NCBI GenBank assembly: GCA_002633005.1
Contig: NMRA01000097.1
Span: 161,445 to 225,444 of the forward strand
DNA length: 64,000 nt
Source of the DNA: Phoronis australis
Lineage: Eukaryota > Animalia > Phoronida
Direction of reading: 5' to 3'
Position 1 is the first letter of the stretch. Each line of letters opens with the position of its first letter. Made by a program: the position numbers and the translations under genes. The notes below the pieces were generated by a model. The model did no database searches, was not told the origin of the DNA, and worked only from the letters and a program-made list of their open reading frames with translations. This document shows, piece after piece, positions 25,991 to 38,242 of this stretch.

Positions 25991-28230
25991 GTTCGCATCG
26001 TTTTTGTCACATTATTGAAATAATCAAAATAATCATACATAGAGAATACTACACAAGTCTCAGGTTGATGACACTGGCAAAACCTCTTGGAAATTCCGTC
26101 AAAATCCTTTGCCAAGCGTCTGTTTTTTGGGAAATTCCCAAGTGGTTTTGCCCATGTCATAGACTTGAAACGAGTGTAAGATTTGTTTTCTCCATGAACC
26201 GTAAGAACGACGTTTTTGCCTAATAACTAGAGTGTCTAAAACTTTCAACCACAAGACGCAATTTTTTGGGAAAAAACACGCCTGCGCTATGTAAAGTAAT
26301 TCAGTTACTTTCTGTTAATAGTTTGATTTTAAGCTTAAAATTGTAAATTGCATTCAGTTTCCGTAGCAAATATTCACGTTTGAAGCTAATAAATAGTCTT
26401 TGAAGTTGTAATATTAAAACTTGAAAAAATGTTTAGATACAGCCAGTAAAGCTTCCCCGCGCATGAGCACTGCATTGACCTTGTGGCAGAAGAGCCAGAC
26501 CGGTTCTTGAGTTAGGGTTCGTCTCCGTTTGAATGAACATGGATATGGAATTCGCTGCCCCAGATGAGCCCGTTTAAGATGTTTTTGATTGTCCTTCCAA
26601 CTGGGATCACGTACAGTTGCGACACCCGATTTGTCATTCAAAACCTTGTCACTTTCTCGTAATTCCAACGTTTTGGTTGGCGCGAGTTTGGTCTTTAGAG
26701 TTTTACAGACGATAAGATCTAAGGTGTATGGATTTATATTTTGCACTACTTTGTGATTTGCCCATGCAATATCAAAAATTACTTACTCGGTGCTATTAAC
26801 CAGCCGTGTTGTAATACAGCCCATGTCATGAGTGAAATACATGTACATGTATTTTTATTGAGTGCAGCAGTATGTTCACATACAGCATATCAATTTAGCA
26901 AATTCGGATTTGCAACCACCACGTGACTGTGTGTTTTATTTTATGGCGCAAATTCCCTTGATAAGTAATTAGATTCACACCTTTTCATGATGTTTATACG
27001 ACTGGCCTTTATTCGTAGCGGTGTAATCGAGTAGGCCTAATACTTTCCAATCCGTGAAAGTTCAGTACCAAGATGGGATTTGGCGATAAATTAAAGCTCA
27101 TTCACAACTCTTTGTGATCATCGAAATTGGATTGCATTAGTTTAAAAATGAAATGGTTTGCATTAGTATGCTCTGCGTCTGTTGCAACAGTAGTCTTGTC
27201 ACATCTCGATCAACTACTACCGCCCGATTTACGTTTTTAATCAATACGACCTGCATTTTATGCAAAAGTTGTCACGCGTAAAATAGTACTAGGCACATAC
27301 ATGTAGATGAGTCAAAAGTATTCCCGAATTTAAACGGAGGTCTTTTTGGAAAAAAAAGAAAAAAATTCCATTTTGAAAAACAGTGCCATCTACAGTCCAT
27401 TCAAACAAATTGGACGTTTTTCAGTAAAGGTGGAAGCAGCACGATCATTTGGTTGTGTAGGTTAGATGGTATCCAAATTATGAGAAATTGCTAGTTTGTA
27501 ATCTACATAAATCTTAGTGGTCGCGGGGCCAGGATTTTAGGCATCTAAAATTTCTTTTACTGTTTCCACTGTATTATGTCTACAGTTATTTACACGCTTG
27601 TTTAATGTACGTTTTTTTCTGCTTCAATTGTTGGTTTTTGAGCCGCAATGGGTTTTAGCACTCTTCAATTTTCAAATGGTACCAATTTATTAAGACAAAT
27701 ATAAATATATGTGTATATGTCGAAACTGTAGAAATTTTCATTTCTTTTATGTATTACACTCAATAATAAGTAAGAATATTAAACTGTTATCATTATATAC
27801 AACAATAAGAGAAAAGAGAAAATTGAAAAGTGGCACTGACATACAACCCATTACTACAACAGCAGACCGTGGTAAATCAATGATGCAACATATTGAAGCA
27901 GCGCGATTGGTTTCAACAATGAATTTACAAGAACAATTAATGAGGATATTGGCTTTGTCTAGAAAACTATGGGATGCGTTACGTGTAGAAAACGCAATAC
28001 AGTTACTTTCGATGATCTCTTCAATCGACAGTTTATTGGCCATGTGATTTATTAATGTGCGTAAGAGGTCAACGTATGAAGTGCTCGTGCTGCAGGCGAA
28101 TACTGTAAGTGCAACTAAGAATTCTGAATATACAGTGTATATTTATGTTTTATTAAGAATTTAATAAAACTCGGCAGTATGAATACCAGTCATTTGACAA
28201 GCGTCAACGTGTTACTTCATTTGGTTCCAG

Positions 28231-29819
28231 ATGCTACTTTCATGAGAGGTCGCTTAATTGGGGAAGACAGTACCCTGCTAACTGTCCTTGCAGTTCTCGT
28301 GGTTTGCATCAGTGGCCTTACCCTGTACATGTGGTACGAGCGTCACGTGTACCTAATTCATCACGCGGAGCATGAAGAGATGTGCCGCCAGGATTTTGAA
28401 GACGTGATCAACCTCATCACAAAGATTGTGGCACACAGCGAACTGTTCGATGAGCTGGAAGAAGAGCCGAAACTCGAGTTGTGCAAGCAGTTGGTGGATG
28501 ATAAGATCAATGAAATTTACAGTCTCCAGGTAGAACAAGAAGGAGCTGAAACGGAATTTGATGTGTCTATTATCTTTCGCGAATTCAAAAAGATTGCTGC
28601 GGAGATCATAGCAGATTTGATCACTCGGGATTTGCGAAAGCAGCGCCGCCGCGCCACTGTACTGGCCAGTGCACTCCCGTGGCACTTTATGGGATTTGGA
28701 AGCGCTAAATTGTACCGTGAAGACTTACAGAACAAATATGACATTACCTTTCAGCTGCTAGAGACCTCACTATCTTCTTCGAACAATGAAGAAATAAAGA
28801 AATACCTGGACAAGTACATTGAATTTTGCAAGGCTCACAATGACACTTTTTGCGTTGACAAAACTTTGGTGAAGACAGCGCAAAAGCGCATTCTCATGCT
28901 CACAATCAAGCCCCATCTAATAGATGCCGAGAGGTCGGGCGACCTGGAACGACTGCAGCGGGTCGTAGATATGGTTGAGCAAGCCGGCCTAGCTGATACA
29001 TTGCACTGTGAGTTGGCCGAAGCGCGAAATCGATGCGAGGCACTGATAAATTTAGAGTCAAGTAAGAGGGCTGTCATCAATATAGATAGACGGGTCATAC
29101 ACGAGATCAAGAAGTTCTACGTCCACCCACCTAGGGCAGTACACGACGTGCTTATAGCAACATTTCTAATTTTGGGCGATCAAGAAGTGGAACTCCAGGA
29201 CTGGAATCATTGCGTTTCGCTGTGTGGCACGCTGACATCTCGAAATTATGTAGGGCTGTACAAGAGATTTGTGGATTTCAAATTAACAGATTTTTCACTT
29301 GCGACAGCGTCAAGGGCAACAGCCATCTTGTCGTCGTATTCTGAAAAAGAAATTGAAACGACTAGCAAATCTGCTTCCATTTTCTACCGCTGGACGCTTC
29401 AGGCCTGTGCGGAACGGCTAGAGATGGGAAAACAAGATATAGACCGAACCAAAATCAAGACAAGACAAGCAAAGAGACAAGGAAAGTTTGACAGGAGAGT
29501 AACTGCTTCAAAGAAATCCCGGAGACACAAACTAAAACGGGACTCACCAAACGATACCAAGCTGCAGGTTACAGTGACTCAGGATGAAAATGTGATGTTA
29601 GTTGAGAGGGAGCAGGAAGTTTGTTTGTCTCCTTTGCCGCCACATGAGAACGACGGGAAGCAGCCAGGTTCTCCACAGAAAGGCTTGGAAGCGAAAAGCT
29701 CTTTGGATCTCGAACCCAGTCTGCAAAAAAAAGCAACTGACCACTGTCTTATTGAAAGCAAGAAATGGGAAAAGCCGAAATCAAAGTTCGTGTTTCCGTA
29801 TCCTCTTGATTTCGATTAG
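28231..29819 (+). CDS. Terminal exon: TM helix plus cytoplasmic tail with helical region and dynein-MTBD-like domain
   Basis: ttccag|ATGCT phase-1 acceptor inside the 546-aa ORF; TM LLTVLAVLVVCISGLTLYMWY at 28275-28337; MTBD-like motifs at about 29052-29410; TAG at 29817-29819. Confidence 0.9.
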
Positions 29820-30026
29820 TACTGATCATTAATGAATAACACGAACACAAAAATGGCAACGTCACCATCTTCCCCGTTTAAATGAAACGGCGTGTTTCAT
29901 TTGCTAAATTCCTTGTTTGTAATGCTTACATGTTATTGATAAATACTATGTCTTTGGAATTTGTGTTACGGTTATAGGTCTCAAAAGTGTCTAAATGTCA
30001 CGGTAATTCAGTTTCAAGGTTTCAAA

Positions 30027-30036
30027 AATAAATAAA
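30027..30036 (+). promoter_or_regulatory. Probable polyadenylation signal (two overlapping AATAAA)
   Basis: aataaataaa about 210 nt after the stop codon. Confidence 0.55.
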
Positions 30037-30589
30037 TTTTCGGAAATTTATCAAGTAATCGTCACGTCCATTGAGCAGCCAGTGGTCAAAGCAAGTATAC
30101 ATAGCCACCTGCTTGCCTGCATTTATGGAAAGAGCAGACAGGTATCCGAAATTTACGTTTTCCTTCTGGTTGACGTGTGCTCCGGGTCAGATCGTTGCTC
30201 TTCGATTGTTTTCACGCTGCAGCTCCAGAATAAGTGCCGCGTGGAAAGATTTTGCTGCATGTGACCATGTGGCCGAAGGTGGCTTTTTTGACTAAAGCTC
30301 TTTGCAGACGCAGTCGTTTCTTTTGCGGCATCTTGTCGTAATCCGATTACTGTAGTCGACACCATCTACATGTTCATGTATGCGTGTTGCTGTCCTTTGC
30401 TCGCACGGTTTGCAAACTTAAGAAGCTACAATACACATTTCTGTTCTACGTCGTTTCTGTTCCATTTCATAAATATTTTTAGTATTCATGTTGCTTAGTT
30501 AGCTCCATACTTAGATCATCGTCATCATTGAATGTGAACACTTTGCCTTAACAGTCTTTGAGAACCTGACATGTAATTGCTGAAATCTT

Positions 30590-30870
30590 ACCAAGTAACA
30601 TCTTTATGTAGTTGATATCCTGGAAACAATTGGAGCAAACGCGGCCATGTAGCTGTGGCATCCCAATGCATGTATATATTCGTGCCTTCGTGGACTCTTT
30701 TGACTGAAAACCTCCAAAGTTCTTTTAATCTTGTATATTTTGGAAACTTGTGGCCACCTGTCGATGATTTGCACCCCGGCACACAACAATAGTAAGGTTT
30801 AGTGCGCGACGCAGTTTTACAAAAAATCGGTGTTGTTACCACATATTTCCATGCTGACAGCGACGCATGC
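30590..30870 (-). mobile_element. THAP-domain transposon fragment
   Basis: YYCCVPGCKSSTGGHKFPK..LKELW; nucleotide similarity to 61640-61865. Confidence 0.7.
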
Positions 30871-31379
30871 TTGATTCAATAACCAATAGAACAGCTGCGA
30901 CACCGCGGAGAGAATTCTCCAAATAGCACCATGGTATCAATCTTTTGATATGGTTGAATTTGCAGTCGTTTACGATGAAATATGAAGTTTGCGATATTGT
31001 AGGAGTTTTTGTCTCGACCTAATATTTTCTCATCAGTCAATTCAGCTACTATACGAAGCAAACCAATAACAATATGGCTAAACTTCACCAAAGGCGAGCA
31101 TTTGGAATTTTCATGTTTTCCATAAGCTCATACATGTATCTATCAGTGTGCAACGTGGTGGAAAATGAAAAATATTCTCGCAAAATATATGAACTTCTTT
31201 CTATTGATATCCATTACACCAAATGCCGGCATTAATGATATCGAGGTGATGAAAGCATTTCCCACATATTTCACTGACTGGTAAACTCTTGTGACATATA
31301 GTTAGATCATACACTTTCAGCTGTTAAAGGACTGTAATCGAATCCAATTCCGCAACACTTTGTTTTCACTCAGGGCCTC

Positions 31380-32300
31380 CTGAATGGCCACCGTTGTAAT
31401 GTGAAGGTTTATAATACATGTATATTTTAACGGTGGTTTTTGGTAAAGGTTGAAGCCCCGAGTAAATATATGTCTACGTAAAGCAAGTTGTTCTTTTCTC
31501 CTTCGAGTTTCTAAAAACGTCTCGTTCCCTCACATGCAACTTTCAATTCCATAAGAAGACGAACTTCGACTTTGGTGTGCTTTATCGGATCTAAGATGGC
31601 ACCCATTGCGTTTACGTCCTGTGATTTGATAACACCGTATATCAATCTACATCATTTCCAATCCATAGCTGTGAACAAGTTGCGTGACACTTGTATTGGA
31701 TCCTCATCGGCACGGACCACTTTTTGTGGTGGTCACAAAACTTGCAGTATCCTTCTAAATAGAAATCTAAATTATTTGTCTTTTGCAATATCATTTCTCA
31801 CAACAGCATATTTCAGACATACTCCTATTGATCCCAGTCGTTATTTTTCTGCTTAATCCGTCATACTTTTACGGTCGATCTATATAGATAGCTCAAGGGA
31901 GGTTCCAAACAAAACTGAAACGTGAACCATCGCCATCCCGTCTACACCTTTACAACGCCAACAATATAATTTACACTAAAAGGCTTCTCCTTGATGCAGA
32001 TGCTCCTTTGGATTTCATTCGCTACTTCTTAAAATTGCTTTGTCCAACAGTTCAAATGACCAAATCAACCATTGCATCGTGCTTTACACCATATTCTGCA
32101 AAGCTCGCTTTGAAAGAGTATCAAAATGCTATGACGACGATGCTGGAGGAGGTTAGATATTTTTTCACACCTTGGCGTTCAATCACGTGATTCATAAGAT
32201 ATATCCCATCTGAAAGCAAGCATAACCAAGATCATCTACGTCATTAAATGAGTCGTCTGAAACTCATGCCCAGGCACGGTGAAACTATACCCATTAGCTT
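31380..32300 (-). mobile_element. Decayed SWIM/YqaJ-like transposon ORF remnant
   Basis: YCWRCKGVDG..HVSVLF (SWIM-like, about 31910-31970) and MGAILD..LLMELKVA (GASPDG..EIKC-like, about 31535-31610); weak. Confidence 0.35.
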
Positions 32301-34652
32301 TTTGATAATTTTTAAACAATCTCCTAGTGACAAAGGTTTGTTCAATTACCCATTAAACGAAAAGCAGCAACCGGTCACTATCCACTGCGCGCCTCCCCGA
32401 ACAGACTAATTGGTCTCTGATACAGTGTGGAGTGTGAAATGAAATTCCATTTACAGTAAAGCATTCGATCAATATTATTGTTCAGCTCATGCAATATCGG
32501 CAGGGTTGATACATGTACATTATGGAAACCACCTATTTGAATGAAATGTTGGGACCGACTACAATGCAAGTGGCAGCCAGCGATTTACTTTCGATCGCAG
32601 TGAAAAAGTTACCTGGGTGCCGTAAAATTTAGGCAGGTAATACGAAACGTAACGAGAGTGGCGTAGATGAAGTAATATCCCACGAGGCATTATCCCACGT
32701 ATCGACCAAGACCGAAGGTCGAGGTGGATACGCGGATTAATGTCGAGGTACATTTTGTATTGATCCTATTCGCTTCGAATGCTTAAGTTTCTTTCATTTT
32801 CTCGGCAGATTGTTTTAAATGCTTTACTCAGAGTTTTCACGTGGTGGATCACATCATCTATGTATGTATGTACTATCGCGTTAGGTTGCAAGTTTTCTCT
32901 AGTAAGAGAAACAGTCTTAAATGTAACGATTCATTACTTGAAAAGAGTTAACAGAGATGAAAACAACGGTAACTGCGCATTAACTTTGAACATGTCCTGG
33001 AAATAGTTATGTAACAACATTATTTGATACTGTAGTTACCGAGGCATCAGCGCCTGTGTTGCAGACGATGTGTATGTATTATTCAGCAATTGAAAGCTGA
33101 CACAGAACTGTCATAAAATTAACAGTCCTGTTCCAGATGTTCTGATTGGGACCTGGATGCATGTTGAGTGTTAGTCATGCTGTTGCAATTGAATAACTAC
33201 TATTTTCGGAAAGTTTGATGATCGAACTATCTAACCACGTCAAGTCGACATTCATTTGACCTACCTATTGAACTTTCCACGTCAGAAGTCTTTGTTGAAG
33301 TAGTGCGGGAGTTGAATACGGAAAACATTATTACATGACCGTGATGCTCTCGACTAATCCAATGCGTACATGTATGTGATAAGATATTTTTATTGTCTGT
33401 GAGTCGCCTTGTCTCCCCGTGTGTTGGCTGTTGTTCGCTGATTTTAACGAATTGTCGCACATCTGACTACAAATCGAATTTTTCTCGAATCGTTTTAATT
33501 GTGTCCGTTAGACTAGACAGCAGGTGTCTTTCTTTTGACTTTTAAAACAAAGCCCAATAGACTCACCCAGGCTAGCTCAGGAAACGAGGCATGCCCAATG
33601 CACTAATGACTCAATAACGAATCACGGAGATCCATCTCCCGCCCACCAACACGGAATTTTTGATGGTTAAAGCCTTCCACGAAGTATGGAAATACTATTA
33701 ACTTTGAATTAGTTGTGATTTCATTCAGGCAAGCGACGTCTCCATCAAGTAGCATGCCTCAAAGACTTGCATTTCAAATTTCTACATTGTACCTGACGTT
33801 TATTAGTCTCGACGTCTATGCCACACAACGGCAGCTCGAGCATGTCACGTGTGTATTCCATATGTCAGAGGCGTCTCCTCAAAGATTCAGGCTATCTACC
33901 GTAAGGACAACATCGAGTCGTTTCCTCAATTTTAACCAGTCCATCCTCTCATCAGTAAAATGTACGTCACACGTGTTATACTGTATGAGAATAAAAGAGT
34001 GGTGGGGGTACTGCCAACTATATCGGTGAGATTGGTCGCCAGTTATCGACCAGGGTTAAGAATTATCGTAACCCACCCTCAGACCCGTTATACTATTCAG
34101 GAACATGACAGAGATCTACATCACCCGGTCTCTTATGAGCACTTTAGTATATTAAAGGAGAATGTCACCCAAGTTACAGCCTATTTTGTTTCAATTTAGA
34201 TCGAATAGTTCTACTTCATGACTGCACGTTCGGTTGCGTTACCTGGCACCTGACGGCAGACGGATGGGTTCAAATTATCCAATGACGTAATTGGTTTCAC
34301 ACACAGTCTGTTCAGTACATGTAGTTCACAACACGTGTTAGTGGTGTCAACTTATGGCTTGAATTCAATGTTTAACACCAATAAATCATCAAACTGCGAT
34401 GTAAAACCCTTAAAATACACCGAGTTCTTATCAAACGTGTTGCTTTATTTCGCTGTTACGGATTTACTGGTATTTGGACACATCGTAGCCTACAAATTCG
34501 GCAGGTCAATTTACCAAGGTCCGTAGCAGGAGTTTGGGGTCTGTTCGGAGATACATTCGAAGCATTGTTCCGTGAAATACTGACAGGAGAACCTAGATCT
34601 TTGTTGTTTATGCCTGTGATTTTTTGAGTACTAGACACACTACTAAACGCTT

Positions 34653-34770
34653 GTTATCCCGGCCAGTGGCTCGGAACCCAATCACTATGCCCGGGGAAGC
34701 GGCCGCACTGAGTCGTTACCCCGGCCAGTGGCCCGGAACCCGATCAGGCCCGTCGCGGCCGCCGGAACTG
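34653..34770. repeat. GC-rich ~62-bp direct repeat (2 copies)
   Basis: gttatcccggccagtggctcggaacccaatca versus gttaccccggccagtggcccggaacccgatca. Confidence 0.7.
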
Positions 34771-35399
34771 GCACGAACATAAACCAGCTTGTGTTGGAAA
34801 CTAAACCTCCAGCCACGAAAAGCCTATAATAGTGAGCCAAAGAAATAATGTGCAGGTAATTTTTTATGTGAATTAGTCCCGAAACTGATAATCTACTTAC
34901 TTGTCGGGGGCCGCGAAGTCGGGTTCCCCTTCCAGAGACCGTCAGGTCAAAGGTTGTACAGTAACAATGATTTGAATAATGTATTTATATTTCTAAATAA
35001 AGATTCCCCTAACATGTAATTTTTCACAACAGCTTTCTGTCAGCAAACACTGAATTAGCATGCGCTCACACTGCCTCGGTGCCCGGTCAATTACCTTTGT
35101 TGCCGGCATCAAAAACCGGTAACGCAGTGGTTTATTCATTGCTGGTTTCTCAAAGAATTTGCACTCACAAGCAATCCAAGGCATTACAATTGTATGTAAC
35201 GAGACAGACTTTGTTTAGGTTTCATGTAAGCATTGGTTAGGATGAGAATGATTCATTTTGAAACAGAACGCAAACTAATATAACGTCTACATAGAAACTC
35301 GCCCGGCGCCAATCCCAACTTAGTCAAGAGCTCATCCGACGTCACGGTTCGGATCGTTAGGTTTCACAAGCTATCAGTTCGAACCTGAATGCACTGATC

Positions 35400-35695
35400 A
35401 AAAAATACTAGAGAGGCGCCGTGAACATGCACAGGCAACGGAACGTATGGATAGTTCTTTGGTGAGCCCGAATTCGTCAAGGAAATCACTGTCGAAGAAA
35501 TGCCGGTCACAGACACGGAGACGTTTCACGGGCTCATACTTGCTATTAACAGTGAATCCTTTCATTTTTCACTACCGCGAGCCACTTCCTAAGCATTTCA
35601 GGCTCTCGAGGAAATTGAAAAACCGATATTCCCGCTTTCTTCGCAGCTTCATAATTTTCTACATGCGGGAACGATGCACCGCAATAGAGCGGCAT
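35400..35695 (-). pseudogene. Frameshifted THAP domain (transposon-derived)
   Basis: MPLYCG..GISVFQFPREPEMLRKWLAVVK [frameshift] ..YEPVKRLRVCDRHFFDSDF: THAP FP/W/CxxHF..DF motifs. Confidence 0.72.
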
Positions 35696-36017
35696 TCACC
35701 CCGCAGACGAACCACTGACGTCGCTACGTCGTTTCTCACCTTCCTCACAGGTTAATGCGACACCTCTTGGCAAGGTGAGGTCGACCGTTTCAGAGGCGAT
35801 GTGGATATTGACCGATGAAGACGGTAAAAAATAGCGCAAGCATTTCCGGTGCATTTGGCAACTACGAAGGCAATCCCAAGCTGGAAATTGTTTGAATGCT
35901 TGAACAAGTAAAATGTTTTTCAAAGAACGTGGTCAAGTCTATAAGAACTGGTGCAACTCATGCGTGTACGCTATCAAACAGTGTTGGCTGTGGTTAGAGC
36001 GAGTCAGCATACGTGCG

Positions 36018-36163
36018 CTAGTCCACAGGGAATACTTCGTTGGCCATCAGACGACTATTCGACTCCCAGCCGGTGAAAGCAATGTTGAAGCTTTGTCCAG
36101 GACACGTCTGTACGTACAGTTTAATGCTGTAGTTCCCTGCTGGAAGTTCGCAGTATCCGCCAA
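36018..36163 (-). CDS. CTHRC1-like domain 3, terminal exon
   Basis: ttgcag|TTGGC; FGGYCELPAGNYSIKLYVQTCPGQSFNIAFTGWESNSRLMANEVFPVD*. Confidence 0.9.
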
Positions 36164-37021
36164 CTGCAAGTGAATGAGTACAAAATATAATCATTTGAAA
36201 CTGGACACTCATAAAAATTGCGGGGCTACGGTTCGCTTTGGAATAAGGCTTGCTAACTTGAAGCTGTATCAAGTTGTGTTCTACCCAAACGCCGGAGCTG
36301 GGTTTAGTTGACCAATACACTTGCAAAGCACTGACAACTGTTCCCTTAAGTAACAGTGAACTCTTAAAGCTCATTGTCGGTAGCCAGCATGCAGGTATCA
36401 CTTAATTTTTCTCGGGAAATTTTCTTACACCGGCGTTTCTGATTGGCCAGTCGAATTCTCAGCAGGCAGCGCTTTACGCAAACAAATTGGCATGACTGAT
36501 GGACTGAAGCGTAAATGTGGTTTTGTTGTTCAGTGAAATCGGTGCTTAAAATTTATGTTCAGGAAATGTGAATCCTAGAAATTGTTGTTGCACGTTTTCG
36601 GAATGCATCTTTCTACTGTCGTTAACTGTTGTTTACGATAGCGTCCTGTCTTCCTACGGTATGAATAACGCACCGTTAAATGTGTCAGATACGTGTTCAA
36701 TGTACATGTACATGTATGTGATTCAAACACGCGGCTACTACTGAAAATCACAGCAGGAACTAAATAGTTGCTGCGCGACGCCACTTGCATGATAAGGCTA
36801 AAAATCGTTCGCAGTACGCCATTTTTTTCGCGATGTTGTACATCTAACCAATGACTGCTGAAGCTCCATCAACCAATTCTAAAGCGCGTGCCATTGCGTG
36901 ATACCTGCGTGCTGGCTAAGCACGAGAGGAACCAGCGAGTGACTGTCGTTGATGATCGGAGTGCAGGTTGTTCTCGCGTGATTACACTTCGTGTACGTTT
37001 TTTTTTCGAGAACGCTCTTAC

Positions 37022-37247
37022 ACATTGAAGTATGATGTTGGTTATCGGCCACGTTGTCCGTCCTGTGGAACAGTCTTTGATAAACCAGTGTTGAAATAGG
37101 TCCAGGTGTTGAACATTCGGCTCCGTTAAAGGTCAGATACCATCGGGAACATCCGGGTGTGCTGTAGGACGACATGAACTGTCGCAGATCTACGTTGAAC
37201 TGTACCGCTAGCAAACTCTGAGATGATCTCTTGGTGTATGTGGCTGA
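37022..37247 (-). CDS. CTHRC1-like domain 3, second exon
   Basis: SATYTKRSSQSLLAVQFNVDLR..GCSRWYLTFNGAECSTPGPI; ccgcag| and |gtaaga. Confidence 0.9.
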
Positions 37248-38090
37248 CTGCGGACGACATGAAATATACATGTACAAGAATATCTTAATGAATACCTAAG
37301 TGGACGCTATGCCATAGTGTACAAGTGAAGACAAGTTCTAGAGCTCATGCATTAGCAACACGTAGCACCTCATTTGGATGGTTAGGGGCTACAATACTTC
37401 CTATCAGCTTTCTCTACTAATTTCGTCACGTGCATTTTAGACTGGCCGTAGGCGAAATCTGCTCACCAACTAAAAGGTTTTCACATCGTCAACCTACTTT
37501 TATTTTTTAAATTTCCACTTAAAAGCGCTTACTTTTGCAGCGATCTTTTCTAGCTCTATACATATCTTCGCTGAAGCATGACTACGGAAATTAAGATGGC
37601 TTAGGCGAATAATTCAAACTCCACAAATTGGTTACCGTTAACTTATTCTTCGTGGGCGATAACCACAAAGTATTGCAACTGACGCCACGTGAGTTAGGCA
37701 AGAATTAGAAAGAAACTAAGCGAAGCGTGTGACCTGCCGCGTGACACTTCAAAAATAGCATGGGGGGACGACGTGGAGTTTGTAGGATTTGGGTCCTTTG
37801 TACTTTTTGTTTGTCAACAGGCGTGATTTCATGTAACTTCTTCAAAATGTTACCGTTGAGTAAAGCTCGAGCGTACCACCAAAGATTTTCATTGACATGT
37901 TGACGTTATGTTGACTTAATTGTACCCAGAGTCATGGTAAGCGTTAATTAACAACCGAGGCCGTAAAGTCAGCCATGCTCTAATGTGTACTTGTAGTGTG
38001 TCATCTCATTTCCGCTTCTGCAAGGTCGCACAACTTCTAGAGTTGAAGTTTCCAGCGTTTTGCTGCTTTAATGTACGATAATCAAAATAG

Positions 38091-38242
38091 CAGTGGCGGA
38101 TTTAGAGGGGATCGGAGGGGCCATGCTCCCCTCAGAAATCTCCCAGATTACATTTGACCATTGGGGGGGGGGGGGGGGGGGGNCGTCTGACGAGTAAAAA
38201 GCTGTACTGCCCCCCATACTCAAAATCCCAGATCTGCCTCTG
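38091..38242. mobile_element. Small MITE-like element with CAGTGGCGGAT..ATCTGCCTCTG termini
   Basis: Terminal inverted repeats and G/C-run interior; related ends at 21418-21563, about 2455-2504 and 49527. Confidence 0.65.

Larger units (their letters stand above)
4740..29819 (+). other. Multi-exon gene model (5' incomplete): >=13 Ig-like domains - TSP1 - TM - cytoplasmic tail with dynein-MTBD-like domain; type I membrane receptor/adhesion protein
   Basis: 15 exons with AG acceptors and GT/GC donors join in frame through phase-1 junctions. Summed exon length is 6299 nt, about 2100 codons. Signal-peptide exon not found. Confidence 0.85.

Noticed and set aside
27709-28047. Overlapping antiparallel ORFs of 112 and 98 aa
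   Set aside because: AT-rich intronic sequence with no recognisable domain or splice support.
28179-28230. ATG of the 546-aa ORF as the start of a stand-alone single-exon gene
   Set aside because: A good phase-1 acceptor at 28230 matches the upstream TSP1/Ig exons and there is no signal peptide before the TM; the first 17 codons are probably intronic.
34653-34770. CRISPR-like repeat-spacer appearance
   Set aside because: Only two imperfect copies, in eukaryotic context, with no cas genes.
37533-37570. Possible 38-nt exon (AKICIELEKIAAK) before CTHRC1-like domain 3
   Set aside because: The exon at 41697-41803 fits the domain motif much better and has the same phases; the similarity is likely chance.
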